From the NCBI RefSeq assembly GCF_004010195.1, contig NC_057719.1, positions 20,694,870 to 20,732,092 of the forward strand: a DNA stretch of 37,223 bases, written 5' to 3'. The notes beneath the pieces were generated by a model that searched no databases, had not been told where the DNA came from, and saw nothing but the letters and a program-made list of their open reading frames with translations. This document shows positions 22,096 through 34,597 of this stretch, piece after piece. Both the position numbers and the translations under genes were made by a program. The stretch's first letter is position 1. Each line of letters opens with the position of its first letter. Source of the DNA: Chiloscyllium plagiosum. Lineage: Eukaryota.

Positions 22096-22399
22096 GTGTT
22101 CTCATCTGTTTATAAACAAAAGGAACCAGCCTGCTTCCTGAAAGATGTTTACATGGAAATTGTAGAATGTTTCAAGCAAACTTACAATCCTAGTAGATAT
22201 AGAAGGGGTTTCATGGAAAAGAAGAACTGTAATTGTTGCACAACTGCATAAGACTGAGAGGTAAATCCAACATTTACCGGCCAGTCAATATAAGGCCAAT
22301 GATGGCAAAAGTTTGACATGTATTGACCTAGATGAATTAGTGGCTTTTCAAAACATCTGAGTTAGTAAAGGAATGCTATGGTTTAGACAAAGCATCATG

Positions 22400-23770
22400 G
22401 GCTTTCAGATGACACAATGCAGGCTCCTTGAGCACCTCTGCCATTCAATAGGATCGTGTCTGATCTGATTGCGGCCAAAACTGTTTCTACCATTCCAGCC
22501 GACTCGATACATCTTCCTGAAATCTACTGTCCTCTTCATTGTTCACTACGTTTCTGATCATTGCATAACTTAAAGGTTTTGAAATTATTTTCCATATGTC
22601 TAGTTCCAGACCAGTAATATATATCAAAAAGAGAAGTGATCCCAACAGTGAGCCTAGCGAAAAACCATCCAGTCTGTAAGCAGACACTTACCATTACTCT
22701 CTGTATTCTGTTCCACAGCCATTTTTGTTTGTAGAACCTGCTCCTTTAATCCCATGGGCTCCAGTTTAGTTTAGATGTCTATTATATTGTACTTTATTAA
22801 ACAATGTTGAAATAGCACAGCCAGGAAGCCTAATGGGATGGAGGCCTTAGCTATGAGTAGAGTTGAACATATAAGTAAGAATGTTACGCTTAATTTATAC
22901 AGGGCATTGTTGAGACCACATCTTGAATACTGTGTATTGCAGAAGGATGTAAAAATATAAAGGAGGCAGCTCAGAGGAGGTTTTTTGATTAAATTTAATC
23001 GAAAAAGGTTGCAAATGACTTTATTGGAGGAAAAATAATATTGTGTGACAACATAAACTGAATAGTATAATTTCAAATTTAGTGCAAAAACTGATAAACC
23101 TGAAGTGTAAGTATCCAACTCGGAAAATAGTAGGCTGAGTTGAGAAGGCCTCTAATGCTTATATGATCCTGAGGATTATAATTAGAGTCACGGGGCTGGA
23201 TTTATTGTTATACCCAGACGTATGATGGGAAGCAGCAGTATTGTATAATGGAGTGGGATGATGCAAAGTGGAAATTGTATTAACTTCCTTATTTCTTCCT
23301 CCAAGGACTACCACTATGACCATTAAGTTCTGCCCATAGGGTAGGAATTAAATTAAAACTTTATAAAACAAAACAGGCCCTCAACTGGATTCATGCACCC
23401 AATTCTGAACATCACACTTCTGGAAGGATGTTGAGATGTTAGAGAGATGGCAGAGGAGATTTAGTAGAATTATACACATTCAAAAATCACAGTTAAGCGG
23501 AAAGACACAGAAACTGGGATCATCTTCCTTACAATTTGATAGACATGTTCAAGATGATAAAGAGAAACTCTTTCCAGTGGAGGATGTGTCAGCAACAAAA
23601 GGACATTGTTTTAAGGCAGTTAGCTGAAGTACCAGACGTGACACAAGAAGGTTTTCTTTGACACAGCAAATTACTATGATCTGAACTCTCCTGTGTGAAA
23701 TTGGTGGACATAACTGGTATAATAACTCTTTAGTATGCATAAGTATTTACGTGGAAATGTTTACAGGGCT
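22400..23770. mobile_element. Cluster of old CR1 fragments (minus ~22400-22790; plus ~22810-22980 and ~23130-23770)
   Basis: GSLLGSLLFLIYI..LE (ORF 22487..22687), LYRALLRPHLEYCV, LERWQRRFSRII. Confidence 0.65.
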
Positions 23771-23910
23771 ACAAATTTTATTTTAGTATCTCTGCATCAA
23801 CACTGAATGTAAATTAGGGCCAAAAATTTCTCTATTAGAGGGTCCAAGGAAATATTGGCTGTGTATAATAAGTGCTTTCAGTGAAATATAGCAGATGTGG
23901 AGATAACTGT

Positions 23911-24196
23911 GGGTGGCACGGTGGCTCAGTGGTTAGTACTGCTCCCTCAAAGCACCAGGGTCCCAGGTTCAATATCAGTCTTGGGCGACTGTCTGTGTGG
24001 AATTTGCACGTTCTCCCCATGTCTGCGTGCTCTGATTTCCTCCCACAGTCCAAAGATGTGCAGGTCAGGTGAATTGGCCATGCTAAATTGCCCACAGTGA
24101 TAGGTGTATGAGTCAGAGGGAAATGGGTTACTCTTCGGAGGATCGGTGTGGACTTGTTGGGCTGAAGGGCCTGTTTCCACACTGTAAGTAATCTAA
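23911..24196 (+). mobile_element. HE1-type tRNA-derived SINE, full length
   Basis: A box TGGCTCAGTGGTTAG, B-box-like GGTTCAATATC, V-domain core and TAATCTA tail. Confidence 0.92.
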
Positions 24197-24546
24197 TAAG
24201 ATGGAATATTTTTCATTGCCAATTTGAAGCAGATCTTGTATAAATACTTAGCTGTGGATGAATAAATGAATAGTCAATAATGGATTGAGATGACAGCATG
24301 GCTTGATCTACCATGATAGGTACAACATTTAGTTGATAAGTTTTATGCTTTCTGGCTACCATAAGTTTTGGGTATTGTGGTTCAGTCTTCCATTAACAAG
24401 AAATCTTTCACTTAAATAGATTGTACCTGCACTGAATCTGCAGCATTTCATCTTTGTCTCTACTATTGTCTGAAACTCTGAAGTTCCAATAAGTATTTTG
24501 CTTTACAGACATGCCATTGTACGTAATAGTGACTATTATATTATAG

Positions 24547-24765
24547 GAGAAAGTGAGGACTGCAAATGCTGGAGACCAGAGTTGAAAAATGTGGTGCTGG
24601 AAAAGTGCAGCAGACCAGGCAGCATCCGAGGAGCAGAAGAATTGACATTTCGGGCATAAGCCCTTCTTCAGGGATGAGCTCATTCCTGAAGAAGGGCTTC
24701 TGCCTGAAACGCGATTCTCCTACTCCTCGGATGCTGCCTGGCCTGCTGCACTTTTCCAGCACCAC
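24547..24765. mobile_element. Palindromic PLE family A pseudo-LTR insertion with hammerhead motifs on both strands
   Basis: Arms meet at TGAGCTCA (24675-24682); 15-bp TSD ACTATTA(T/C)ATTATAG at 24532-24546 and 24766-24780. Confidence 0.92.
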
Positions 24766-25692
24766 ACTATTACATTATAGTCATTCTATCCTCTTGTCAC
24801 AGAGTCTTGCTAACGTGTGATTGCTGATATCAGTGTCATAGCCATCATTAACATATGCATTCTCATTATACTGCAAATGTTATTAATGTTTATGCTTAGT
24901 CTGTACTGTAACATGTTTAATAAGCTCAATAGCCTTGTATGTTATATCCGTTTGTTTTTTTGTATTGGCTATGCTCTTGACTAGGCTTTGTACAATGTCA
25001 GAAAAGGTCAAAACAAAAATTATTTTATCAAGTGGTATAGCTTGTGGGCCATTTACCCAGTTTCTGAATGGTAAATTCTGATTGGATGTTCAGTGTGGAC
25101 TCCACCAGAGCCCATTCAGGCACATTGCAAATTGCAGATTTGAAGGGTCAGGAAACTCCTGTCAATTTGTGCCCTTGTTGTTAGCAATCCTTTCAGTGTC
25201 ATGATTATGTCGACTGCAAGACTGGGCAAATACATTTCCTCCATGTTATATGCTTGTCACAATCTAAGTGAAAAACCAATTGTAATAAATATCTATGTAT
25301 ATTTAGTGACCGTTTTAAAAATGTACTATTAAAAAGCTTAAGAAAGCTGACTGTTGTAACCATGTGACTGGACTGTCAATAATCTTCCAGAAACTTCTCA
25401 GATGTCAACAGTAGCCAGAAAATCACAACCTCCTCTTCAGTCTGGAATATAAACTGTTGCGTTATAACATGCTGTAGGGATGATTGTCTCACAGAATACC
25501 CCCTGCACTATAAAATTTCAAGTCACATGAATCTGACAAGATGTGTTAATGAATTTACATTTAACCTCTGGAATGGGCATTGACAGTTGGCTATCAATTC
25601 TCATCCTACAGGAGGTTTGGTGCCATTAGACCCACAGTACCTGGTACAAATATATTTTTAATAAAAGAATTTTGAAACAGAAGGTTATTGTT

Positions 25693-25975
25693 GGGTGACT
25701 GTCTATTTGGAGTTTGCACCTTCTTCCCGTGTGTGTGTGTGGTTTCCTCTAGGTGCTCCGGTTTCCTCCCACAATCTAAAGACATGCAGATTAAGTAAAT
25801 TGATCATCCTAAATAGCCCATAGTGGGGGTTCAGTAATGTGTAGGTTAGGTACATTAGTCAGGGGTAAATGTAGAGTAATAGGGTAGGGGAATGGGTTTG
25901 GATGGGATACTCTTCGGAGGGTCGGTATAGACTTATTGGGCCAAAGGGCCTGTTTCCACACTGTAGGGATTTTAT
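25693..25975 (+). mobile_element. HE1-type SINE, 5'-truncated
   Basis: GGGTGACTGTCT..TGGAGTTTGCAC core and GGGCCTGTTTCCACACTGTAGGGATT tail. Confidence 0.88.
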
Positions 25976-27224
25976 GATTATATTTATGGGTTGACACTGT
26001 TCCATTTACCCTGTAGTGACAATATGAACAGCTCAAACTCCAAGATCCAAAGGAAAAGCCTTGGGAATGAAAGACAGACAACAAGCAGTATTTGTGCCCT
26101 CTGAAAGTAAAACTTCCCTTCGTCAGAACAGTGAAGCAGCAATTATATTTCAGTAAAACCTCCTCTCAAGACTTTCAAGGAGAATTTTAAAGAGAAGAGA
26201 TTGCCTATAACTCCTCCACAAAGAAATTCTAGTTTGCTAACTCCAGTTTTTAAACTCTTGGGCTCCAAAAACAAGGACATCATTAAAATGGTATTCCTTA
26301 GCTATTTATATTTAAGTTGAAACTAATCAAATAGTCTCTTTATCCTTTCTGCTTTTCTCACCCAGTGTCTGGCTGTAAGCATTCATATGTTGCAAAGTCT
26401 TTCCTTCCATGTCGTCTGAGACTGAAAAATAAACCCTTTTGCTGGGTTAACTACAGTGTTCCACTTGGTCCTTACAAAGTCAGTAGTAGGAGTTGGGGGG
26501 GGGGGGGAGGTGGAATATGCACCAACTACTTAAAGTAAAAGGATAATTTGAATCACAATCGATGTAAGGTGAGGTGAGGATCAGGAGAAGTATTTATTAT
26601 AAAATTTGTAATCAGTTTGTAACAACATAATTTTTTGTAATCATACACTTCAACATCAATGTTGAATAGAACTTAGAATTTAAAATCTTTTTTTAAGACT
26701 GTAGAATGAAAATGTTTAAATGCAATTTTCAGTCGTTGGAAGAAGTAAAATAAATATGTGAATGTATTTTCAGGCATTTCCTTCCCTCTTCGTTTTGTGG
26801 CTTTTTAAAATATTTCCTGCATACAGTTATTACATTATCTGTCAAAAGCCCTGTAAATCTACGTTTTGTTATGCATGTTATTCTTTCTGTCTGAGATAAG
26901 CTGAATTGAAATTCCATATTTGCACCTGCATGGTGAAGTGACCTTTAATTAACAATAGCCTACAGCTAATATTAAAATAAAACACTAAAAGGTAAATTAC
27001 CAGCAGTATTTGTGTCTCAGATGACATTAGGCTCTGAAAAGGTCAAGGTAAATGGTGAGATTCTAAGAACAGCAGAACAGATTTCAGCAGTATATGGAGA
27101 AGGGGATTTGACCTTATTTACAAATGACCAATTTTAATAGTTCACATTTTTCTCCAGCCAACACAGGGAAAGATAAAACATTCAGTGATTGCACCTTTTA
27201 AGAAGTCAAAGCCCAATATCACTA

Positions 27225-27470
27225 TAGTCATAGAGTCATAGAGATGGACAGCACGGAAACAAACCCTTCTGTCCAACTCGTCCATGTTGACCAGATATCC
27301 TAACCAAATCTAGTCCCCTTTGCCAGCACATGGCCCATATCCCTCGAAAACCCATCCAGATGCCTTTTAAATGTTGTCATTGTACTAGCCTGCACCACTT
27401 CCAAAATATAATCCTGTCATAGAGGTCTACAGCACAGAATATGGCCCTTCAGCTGAGTCTGCACCTAACT
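27225..27470 (-). mobile_element. Two CR1/HER1-type 3' tail fragments
   Basis: TCATAGAGTCATAGAGATGGACAGCACGGAAAC and TCATAGAGGTCTACAGCACAGAA. Confidence 0.8.
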
Positions 27471-27874
27471 AGTCTGTCATTTTATTGACCAATGGAGTAT
27501 CATTATTTCATCATGTAAAGCATATTTTGAAATTTAGGTCCAGTTTTAACCTGCTTTTCACTGTGATTATGGTGCTGAAAGGTATTTACACAATAAGATT
27601 GCTGTAAATTAATATTAAAATAGGTTAAGACAACTCCCATTTATTGCAGCTCCAGAACTTTTAAAATGCTCTTTGAACTCTTGAAAAAGCTATATACAGT
27701 AATAATGTAACAATCAAAAAGGCTAGAGAAACTCATCAGGTCTGACAACATCTATGGAGAGAGAAACGGTGCTAATATTGCAAAAGAAGATAAGTTTTTC
27801 CTGCAGTGTATCAGCGCGTTTGCCTCTAACTAAAAGCTTGATCATTTGAACCCATGGTTGAACGGGTCAATAAT

Positions 27875-28005
27875 AAAATAAAAGAACTGCGGATGCTGGA
27901 AATCAGAAACAAAATCAGAAATTGCTGATAACCTCAGCAAGTCTGGCAGCAACTGTTGGGAGAAAGCAAAGTTAACTTTCTGGTCCAGTGACCATTCTTC
28001 AGAAC
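27875..28005 (-). mobile_element. PLE family C pseudo-LTR with hammerhead-like motif at 27971-28005
   Basis: Minus strand GUU-CUGAAGA-A-UGGUC-ACUG-GACCA-GAAA-G-UU-AAC; possible TSD CAATAAT; related fragment at ~27715-27780. Confidence 0.7.
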
Positions 28006-28247
28006 AATAATCAATGTGGGACTAAGAATGGTTGCTCCTCCAAAGAGGCAGCACTACTTGACCTCTTTCCGTGTTTTAAATTTCAATGATTCAATGAACT
28101 GTGACATTAAATGTTTGAAGGGAATTAATTGACAAGTGAAAGAACAGGGGAGTGAGATTTATTGAATATCTCTCCAAAAGAGCTGACACTCGTACAATGT
28201 TCCTAAGCCCCTATTCTGTGCTTATCTTTTTCATTCCTGTGAAGTGA

Positions 28248-28625
28248 TCTTCACTGACTAGGCTAGCTTCACTGGGTAGCCAGCTTCACTGACTAGGCCA
28301 ACTTCACTGGGTAGGCAGGCTTCACTGACTAGACCAACTTCACTGACTAGATCAGCTTCACTGACGAGGCCAGCTTCGCTAGGTAGGCCAGCTTCACTGA
28401 TTAGACCAACTTCACTGACTAGACCAGCTTCACTGACTAGACAGCTTCACTGATGAGGCCAGCTTCACTAGGTAGGCCAGCTTCACTGACTAGACCAACT
28501 TCACTGACTAGACCAGCTTCACTGACTAGGCCAGCTTCACTGATGAGGCCAGCTTCACTAGGTAGGCCAGCTTCACTGACTAGACCAACTTCACTGACTA
28601 GACCAGCTTCACTGACTAGGCCAGC
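28248..28625. repeat. 18-bp minisatellite (CCAGCTTCACTGACTAGR, ~21 units) with a 90-bp higher-order repeat
   Basis: 28442-28531 is identical to 28532-28621; a diverged third copy lies at 28353-28441. Confidence 0.97.
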
Positions 28626-28735
28626 ATTTATGGCCAATCCCCGATTGCCCTGGAGATGGTGATATATAGCTGTCTTTTTGAACTGTGGCAATCTCTGAGA
28701 TGTACATTCACAGTGCTGTTAAGAATCGTGTTCCT
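28618..28735 (-). mobile_element. CR1/L2-type LINE 3' tail fragment adjoining the minisatellite
   Basis: AGGCCAGCATTTATGGCCAATCCCCGATTGCCCTGGAGATGGTG, reverse complement of the shared tail. Confidence 0.7.
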
Positions 28736-30140
28736 ATTTTACTTTTCTATGTGACAACATGAACAGAAGGCTAATAGCAGAGAGTTTTTGATGCATCGAG
28801 ATTAGAGAAATAAGTGTCAGTTAGGCCCTATTAAGCCCTGCATGCAAATGTTTACCAGAAAATTATTAGTGGACCACTACAGTAGTTGAAGTTATTGTAA
28901 AATCTAAGATAGTATCTGGGGTCAAGTTTAAGGCAAAGCAAAAGTGTGTTACAATTGTGTTCACTTTGAGACAAAAAGGCTCAATCTGAAGTGTGGGAGA
29001 GTAATTGTTCTCTAGATATGTTTTCATAATTCTTTTGTTAAAAGGATTTATTAAATGCATCAGCCAAGGTAACAAAGGCTGTATTAACTGTCATGACAAC
29101 AAAAGCAAGTGCTTTATGGAGCATTAATATGCACCATGCCTACATGTTGAAATTTAAAATGCTTCAGTGCCATTTACAATTATAATAGTGCTGATTCTTT
29201 GAAATAATTAACTATCAGATTTCATAGGGCCATATACCTAGATCCTCTGTTGTCTGTGAAATAAAGTGGGTGTATAATGGGCCTAATAATGGCCTAATTT
29301 GTCCTCATTGGCATCAGCAAAAGCATTGACTTTTGTTTTTAACTTTCTGGGCAAAAAATAATTCCAACATTGTGCTGAAAAGAAGATTTACTGCTTAGAA
29401 ATATTCACTACACTCCCAATTGAATTTAGCTTGAATCATCTGGTGTTAAAAGAGAGGTAATGGCCTCAAATCTGTGTTTGACACCCTGACTGGCCTATTA
29501 ATGCCTGATGAAATGGTCTGTTTGAAAGGGGCTTGCTGCTGGGTGCTCATTGCTCTTGTCATTTTCAGATGGTGAGACCATTCCAATACACAGGATGGAA
29601 TTTGTCACTTTGAGCTGAAAATGGTCCTGGTGTATGATATACAATGTCTTAAACATTTCTGTGGGCAATAAAGAAACCCTAGTTCGATAAGCTTGGTACC
29701 AAGAGGCCATAAAGAACAAGATCTCTTCTCCATGCACCACAACAATAACTTTAGCTGGTATCTGTTGTATAAGGGCTTCATACCCTACAGCAACATTGCA
29801 ATAATGTCAGAGAGCTGCACATCACTGGGCATAAGTAGCACAGCATGAGCAGTGAGCGTACAGGGATATGAACATGCAAAGAAGGTAAATTAGTCCTTAC
29901 CTAATGTAAGCAGAAATCAGACATTTATGTATCTAGGATTATCATGAAGTGTAGCATTTAGTAGTAATATATAATAAATAATGTTAATTTGAAGTCTAAA
30001 CCTAAGTCCAGTTCTTGACTTTACCATCGCCTTAACAAGTCTGTCTTGAACCCAAACTCATAGTGTGGAATCAAACCACACAATAAATTTAAATCAACTT
30101 TTCTCCCTTCACTTGTGATGGTCACTCCCTTCCTCTCTGA

Positions 30141-30700
30141 TATTTGATTTGATTTGATTTATTGTTGTCACACGTACTGAGATAAAGTGAAAAGTGTTAT
30201 TTTGTGTACTCTATAGACAGATCGTACCAAACAAAATACATCAGGACAGTTGATCAAAGTTCAGAATACAGTGTTACAGCCACAGAGAAGATGCAGAGAG
30301 AGACATAGATCAACCTTAACATTTGAGAGGTCTGTTCAAAATTCTGATAACAGCAGGGTAGAAGCTGTTTTTGAATCTGTTTGCATGTGTATTCAAGCCT
30401 TTATATCCTCTGCCCTACAGAAGAAGGTGAAAGGGAGTTTAATCAGGGGTGGGAGGTTGCTTTCCCGAGGCACTAGGGAGTACAGAGGAACCTCAATTAT
30501 CTGAAGGACACAGGTAGGCAGTATTTTGTTTGGTTAATTGAATTCTGGGTAATCGAATGCTGGATAACATAGTTTAACCGAGCACCGGGAGCTTGCGACC
30601 TTGCCGGATAATCCGATATTCGGATAATCGAGGTTCCTCTGTATAGATGGAGTCAATGGATGAAAGGCTGGTTTACATGATGGATTGGACTGTGTTCATG
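30141..30700 (-). mobile_element. Rex1/Babar-type LINE 3' end, interrupted by a MITE
   Basis: Minus strand GRGYKGLNTHANRFKNSFYPAVIRILN matches the Rex1 C-terminal LPSGRRYRS..R.KNSFFP..IRLLN motif; AATAAA plus (ATCAA)n tail. Confidence 0.8.
30483..30641. mobile_element. 159-bp MITE of the Tc1/mariner (pogo/Tigger-like) superfamily
   Basis: 23-bp TIRs CAGAGGAACCTC(A/G)ATTATC(T/C)GAA; TA duplication at 30481-30482 and 30642-30643. Confidence 0.92.
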
Positions 30701-32194
30701 ACTTAACTATTGACTATAATGACCCCGATTTGGTTGGCCTCAATCTAGTGAGATGCATTAGGCAGGACATTGATGCTCATAATTGATAATGAGGGCATAG
30801 TTCAATATCATAGCCAACCCAAAGCTCGTAATTTGCTAATACACTTTTCCAGTTTGCTCAAAGTTGAAAATCAAACCTTCTAACATTACTGTTTGCATTG
30901 TGCAAATTTTAAATAGTTTGAACATTTTAAAAGTTTTTGAATAACTATCCCAGAAGTCAAGCACAAACTTAAAATCAGCCATTTGCTTGCAATGTTCATT
31001 TGCCTTAAATAAATTCACAAGAGCTGTAAAACAAGGTATATCTGAAAAATTATATACAGACTGTAACTGGTAGAGATTGTCTCAAATATTATTAATATCT
31101 TAACCTTTTAAATATTTTTAGACTTCCTTAAATACTTATCACCAATTGAAAATTTTCCAGCTTCATTGGCAAATGGGGAAGGTCAGCAGATTGTTCTACT
31201 CAGACCTTGGGTAGAAACGGAGAGCACCGCTTTGAAGGGTTCCTTTCTAGATCAGGTGTCTGCCAACAGGCAGTTGCTCCCTCCCTAGCCCTAGCACTTT
31301 CATTAATACCTCCAACTATCCCCACCTTGGCATTCCCCTCCCTCTCTATATCCTTGGCCTTGGATGCTGAAACAGATTTTAGGTCTCAGCCCAGGCAACT
31401 GCTACTATTGGCACACAGCTCCTGACCAATCAGAATGTCTGTCATCTCACTGAGTTGAGACCTTTGCCCAAGTGAAGGTTGAATGGTTGTGGGTCTGCTA
31501 CAGTCACAGGGAGGCGTTTTCATTTTTTCACTGGTGTGGTGAGAAACCATGCCAACTAAAATTCCTGCTTATTGCAGTTACCATTGTAGAAACGCCAATC
31601 CTTTGGTACAATCAAACCAACAGGAAATTCATTGATTGGAACCAACACATTTGTACAAACTGCAAAACGTTAGTGCGGCCCATTTGACCCAGTGTGAATT
31701 ATTCATCATCAGACAGGCAAATTAACTGTCCGTTATCAAAAATCTGAAGTTGATTTCAGAGTACTTTATAAAACTGAAGCCGCTTCTCCATCACTGGACT
31801 GTGATAATGACATAATAGCTACTGACCTTTCAAATTCTGCTGTGTTGTCAATTATGTTCCCTCTACCTATTGCAGATGGAATTGGTTTTACACTTAAAAT
31901 AATTGCACAGCTCTAACCTACTTTCAAGAGTAACTACAACCTGAATATTTCAAAGTTTTTAATCCTGTGTCAACATCAGTCAAAAAAAAATCAAATGTTA
32001 GCTGACGTCATTAACATTTAATAAGTTGATCTACTGTAGCCTAATTCGAGAATGCATTTTGGAGTAAAATGACTGTATGTAAAACAATTCTGAGGAGCTG
32101 GACAATGGGCACACCTCAGGCCAAGGGATAGGGAAATCGATTAAAGGAATATCGCAGAAGAGGGAATAGCCATATACTTGTGATTATTAAATAT

Positions 32195-32698
32195 AAAGGT
32201 AAAGTTACCATATTCCTAATCTGCTATTGGAGACAGAAGACTGATGGCAGTTTAACATGAGGGCCATTATACCTCAGATGTGTGGAAAGGATAGGGATGA
32301 GAGTTCTTCAGGGGAACCTTCGCTGGTGCAAGAATTGAATTGAAACCCAAAGGGGCAGCATGGTGGCTCAGTGGTTAGCACTGCTGCCTCACAGCACCAG
32401 GGTCCCAGGTTCGATTCCAGCCTTGGGTGACTGTGTGGAGTTTGCACATTCTCGTGGGTTTCCTCCGGGTGCTCTGGTTTCCTTCCATAGTCCAAAGATA
32501 TGCAGGTCAGGTGAAATGGCTATGCTAAATTGTCCATAGTATTAGGTGCATTAGTCAGAGGGAAACGGGTCTGGGTGGGTTACTCTTCGGATGGTCAGTG
32601 TGGACTGGTATCCACACTGCAGGGAATCTAATCTAATCTATTGACATCACTCTACATTGCAAGCCAAGCATCCAAACAACTGAGCTAACTGACCCCCA
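32195..32698 (-). mobile_element. Older tRNA-derived SINE split by an HE1 insertion
   Basis: Minus strand head GGGGTCAGTTAGCTCAGTTG (A box) at 32698; B-box-like GGGTTTCAATTC resumes at ~32348. Confidence 0.65.
32353..32640 (+). mobile_element. HE1-type SINE, full length
   Basis: A box TGGCTCAGTGGTTAG, B box GGTTCGATTCC, (TAATC)n tail. Confidence 0.92.
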
Positions 32699-32707
32699 GT
32701 AAACTTA

Positions 32708-33048
32708 GGAGGTGACGGCCTAGCGGTAATATCACTGGACTGTTTTCTTCAGAGACCCAGGTAATGGATCCTGGGGTTGAATCTCATCATGGCAGATGGT
32801 GGAATTTAAATAAATAAAGTTCTGGAATGAAGAGCCTAATGATGACCATGAATCAATTGTCGAATGTCGGAAAAACCCATCTGGTTCACTAATGTCCTTC
32901 AGGGAAGGAAACTGCCATCCTTACCTGGTCTTTCCTTCATGTGACTCCACACTCATGACAATCTAATTGACTCTTAAGTGCCCTTTGGGCAATTAGGAAT
33001 GGGCAATAAATGCTGGTCTAATCAGTGATGCCCTCATCCTGTAAATGA
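32708..33048 (+). mobile_element. tRNA-derived SINE sharing its 3' tail with the LINE family at 1400-2020
   Basis: A-box-like GGCCTAGCGGTAA, B-box-like GGTTGAATCTC; tail GGGCAATTAGGAATGGGCAATAAATGCTGG. Confidence 0.75.
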
Positions 33049-34597
33049 AAAGAATAGAAGCTCTGATCATAATGCAGAATGTTTGGGCTAGGTGGGAGAG
33101 AAAGGTGCTGAGATAGGCAACAAACTGACCTGACTTCTGCAGCTTAGGCTAAGGCGCAACTGACTCATGGTTCTCACATGTATCATGTCGTATTTATATC
33201 CTACCTAAACCAATGGGATATGACAGTTGATGGAGTAGATCAGGATACCTCCACCAGGGACTGGAGTAATGACTAACCAATGTTCTGGTTAGTCAATAAA
33301 TGGAAAAAGGCCATGAGCAAACTGTGTCAAAGAAGGATGGATATACCAGATATACCAATCAGGAATAGAGACCCTTGACGAAATCTTGGGGTGCTCAGCC
33401 CAATCCTTTTTGAAAGGTGAGTGTGGGAATTTAATTGGGCAAAAATTCAGCTTGCTGATTGGTGAGTTAAAGTTTTGCTACTAAGTTCTTTAACCTTTCC
33501 CATGGGTCAGCTTTCAAAAATCTCTCATTAGCATCCTAGCTCACTAGGATTGCATGCACGGGTATAAATAGCTAAAGATTAGCAACGTGTGTATTCCTAA
33601 ATCAAACCATACATCAATGAGACATGTATTTGTTGAGGTAGACCTCCAAGTTTCAAATACAAACTTCTTCTATTAATGAGGGAGTAATCCCTCTACACCA
33701 AGCTGTTTCTTTGTTCAAATGCATGTAGTGTAATGGGTGAAGCCTTACAGATTCAACCAGTTCACGTGGAGTTTAGTTTTGCTTGTAGGTCGTAAAAACA
33801 TAGACCTGATTTTCCCAATGGCCAACAGTCGTTGTTCCAATGTAGATGGGAGTTGAGTGTAGTGTCTCTGTACAACCCCATTGCAGTAGACTCCAAAGGA
33901 ATTGCCCAGGAGTATGAATATTCTGCTTGAACTCTCTAAAAGTTTCCACTTAAATCAGAGAGTGATGAAATGAAGTAAACAGTTACTCAGAAAAAGATAG
34001 ACTATTAAATATATCAGGCTGGCTCTTGAATAACGATTCAACTGACCGCATACTTTCACGACAAACAACAACTCACCTCCCCCCAGATTCCTTACAACCC
34101 CACACCATCAGGACCAGACTGACATCCATACCCCGCTCTGGACCCAACACCACTTCACCTGCTTCAGACCTACCCAGACTTTTGGCAATATTGCATCCAA
34201 TCTGCCTCAGTCTCTTCACCCCCACCCTAGCACCCCCATCCTCTCCTGCTCCATAGCCAATCTGCCATTGGCCACACCAGCCCCACTTCAAATTTGAAAC
34301 TGAATGGGCCCCATTTTAACTAGACCTGATTTCGCAAAGCTGCTGCCATGTCCTACCATAAACACCATATCATTGACCGACTCCCTTTGCCACTTTGCAC
34401 CCTGGTGTCCTAACTACCTGGCATTCTAGCCTCTAGCACCTTATCCCTTGGCATTCTACCCCCACCTGGCACTCTATACCCTGGCAAACTATCCATACCC
34501 ATTTGTTAACTACACATCTGGCACCCCATCCGCAATCCACTCAGCATCAATGCACCTGACACTCAATTTAGCTGATGCCTGACAAGCCTGGCACCCT

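Noticed and set aside
23911..23985. tRNA-like heads (also at 32353 and 32708)
   Set aside because: These are SINE Pol III promoter regions followed by SINE bodies, not tRNA genes
26494..26513. Poly-G run with G-quadruplex potential
   Set aside because: A simple homopolymer with no context suggesting function
28437..28691. Repetitive ORFs (GLVSEA)n and (TRPASL)n
   Set aside because: A by-product of an 18-bp unit with a stop-free frame; the unit derives from a retroposon tail
21418..29932. Scattered minus-strand micro-exon candidates (~21418-21456, ~24427-24470, ~29901-29932)
   Set aside because: Only splice-like motifs; they do not assemble into a recognisable protein and such matches are expected by chance
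11423..31018. Unique-sequence ORFs such as 11423..11734, 13760..14143, 19422..19685, 21106..21366, 29498..29740 and 30836..31018
   Set aside because: Short, with no recognisable domains or coherent exon structure
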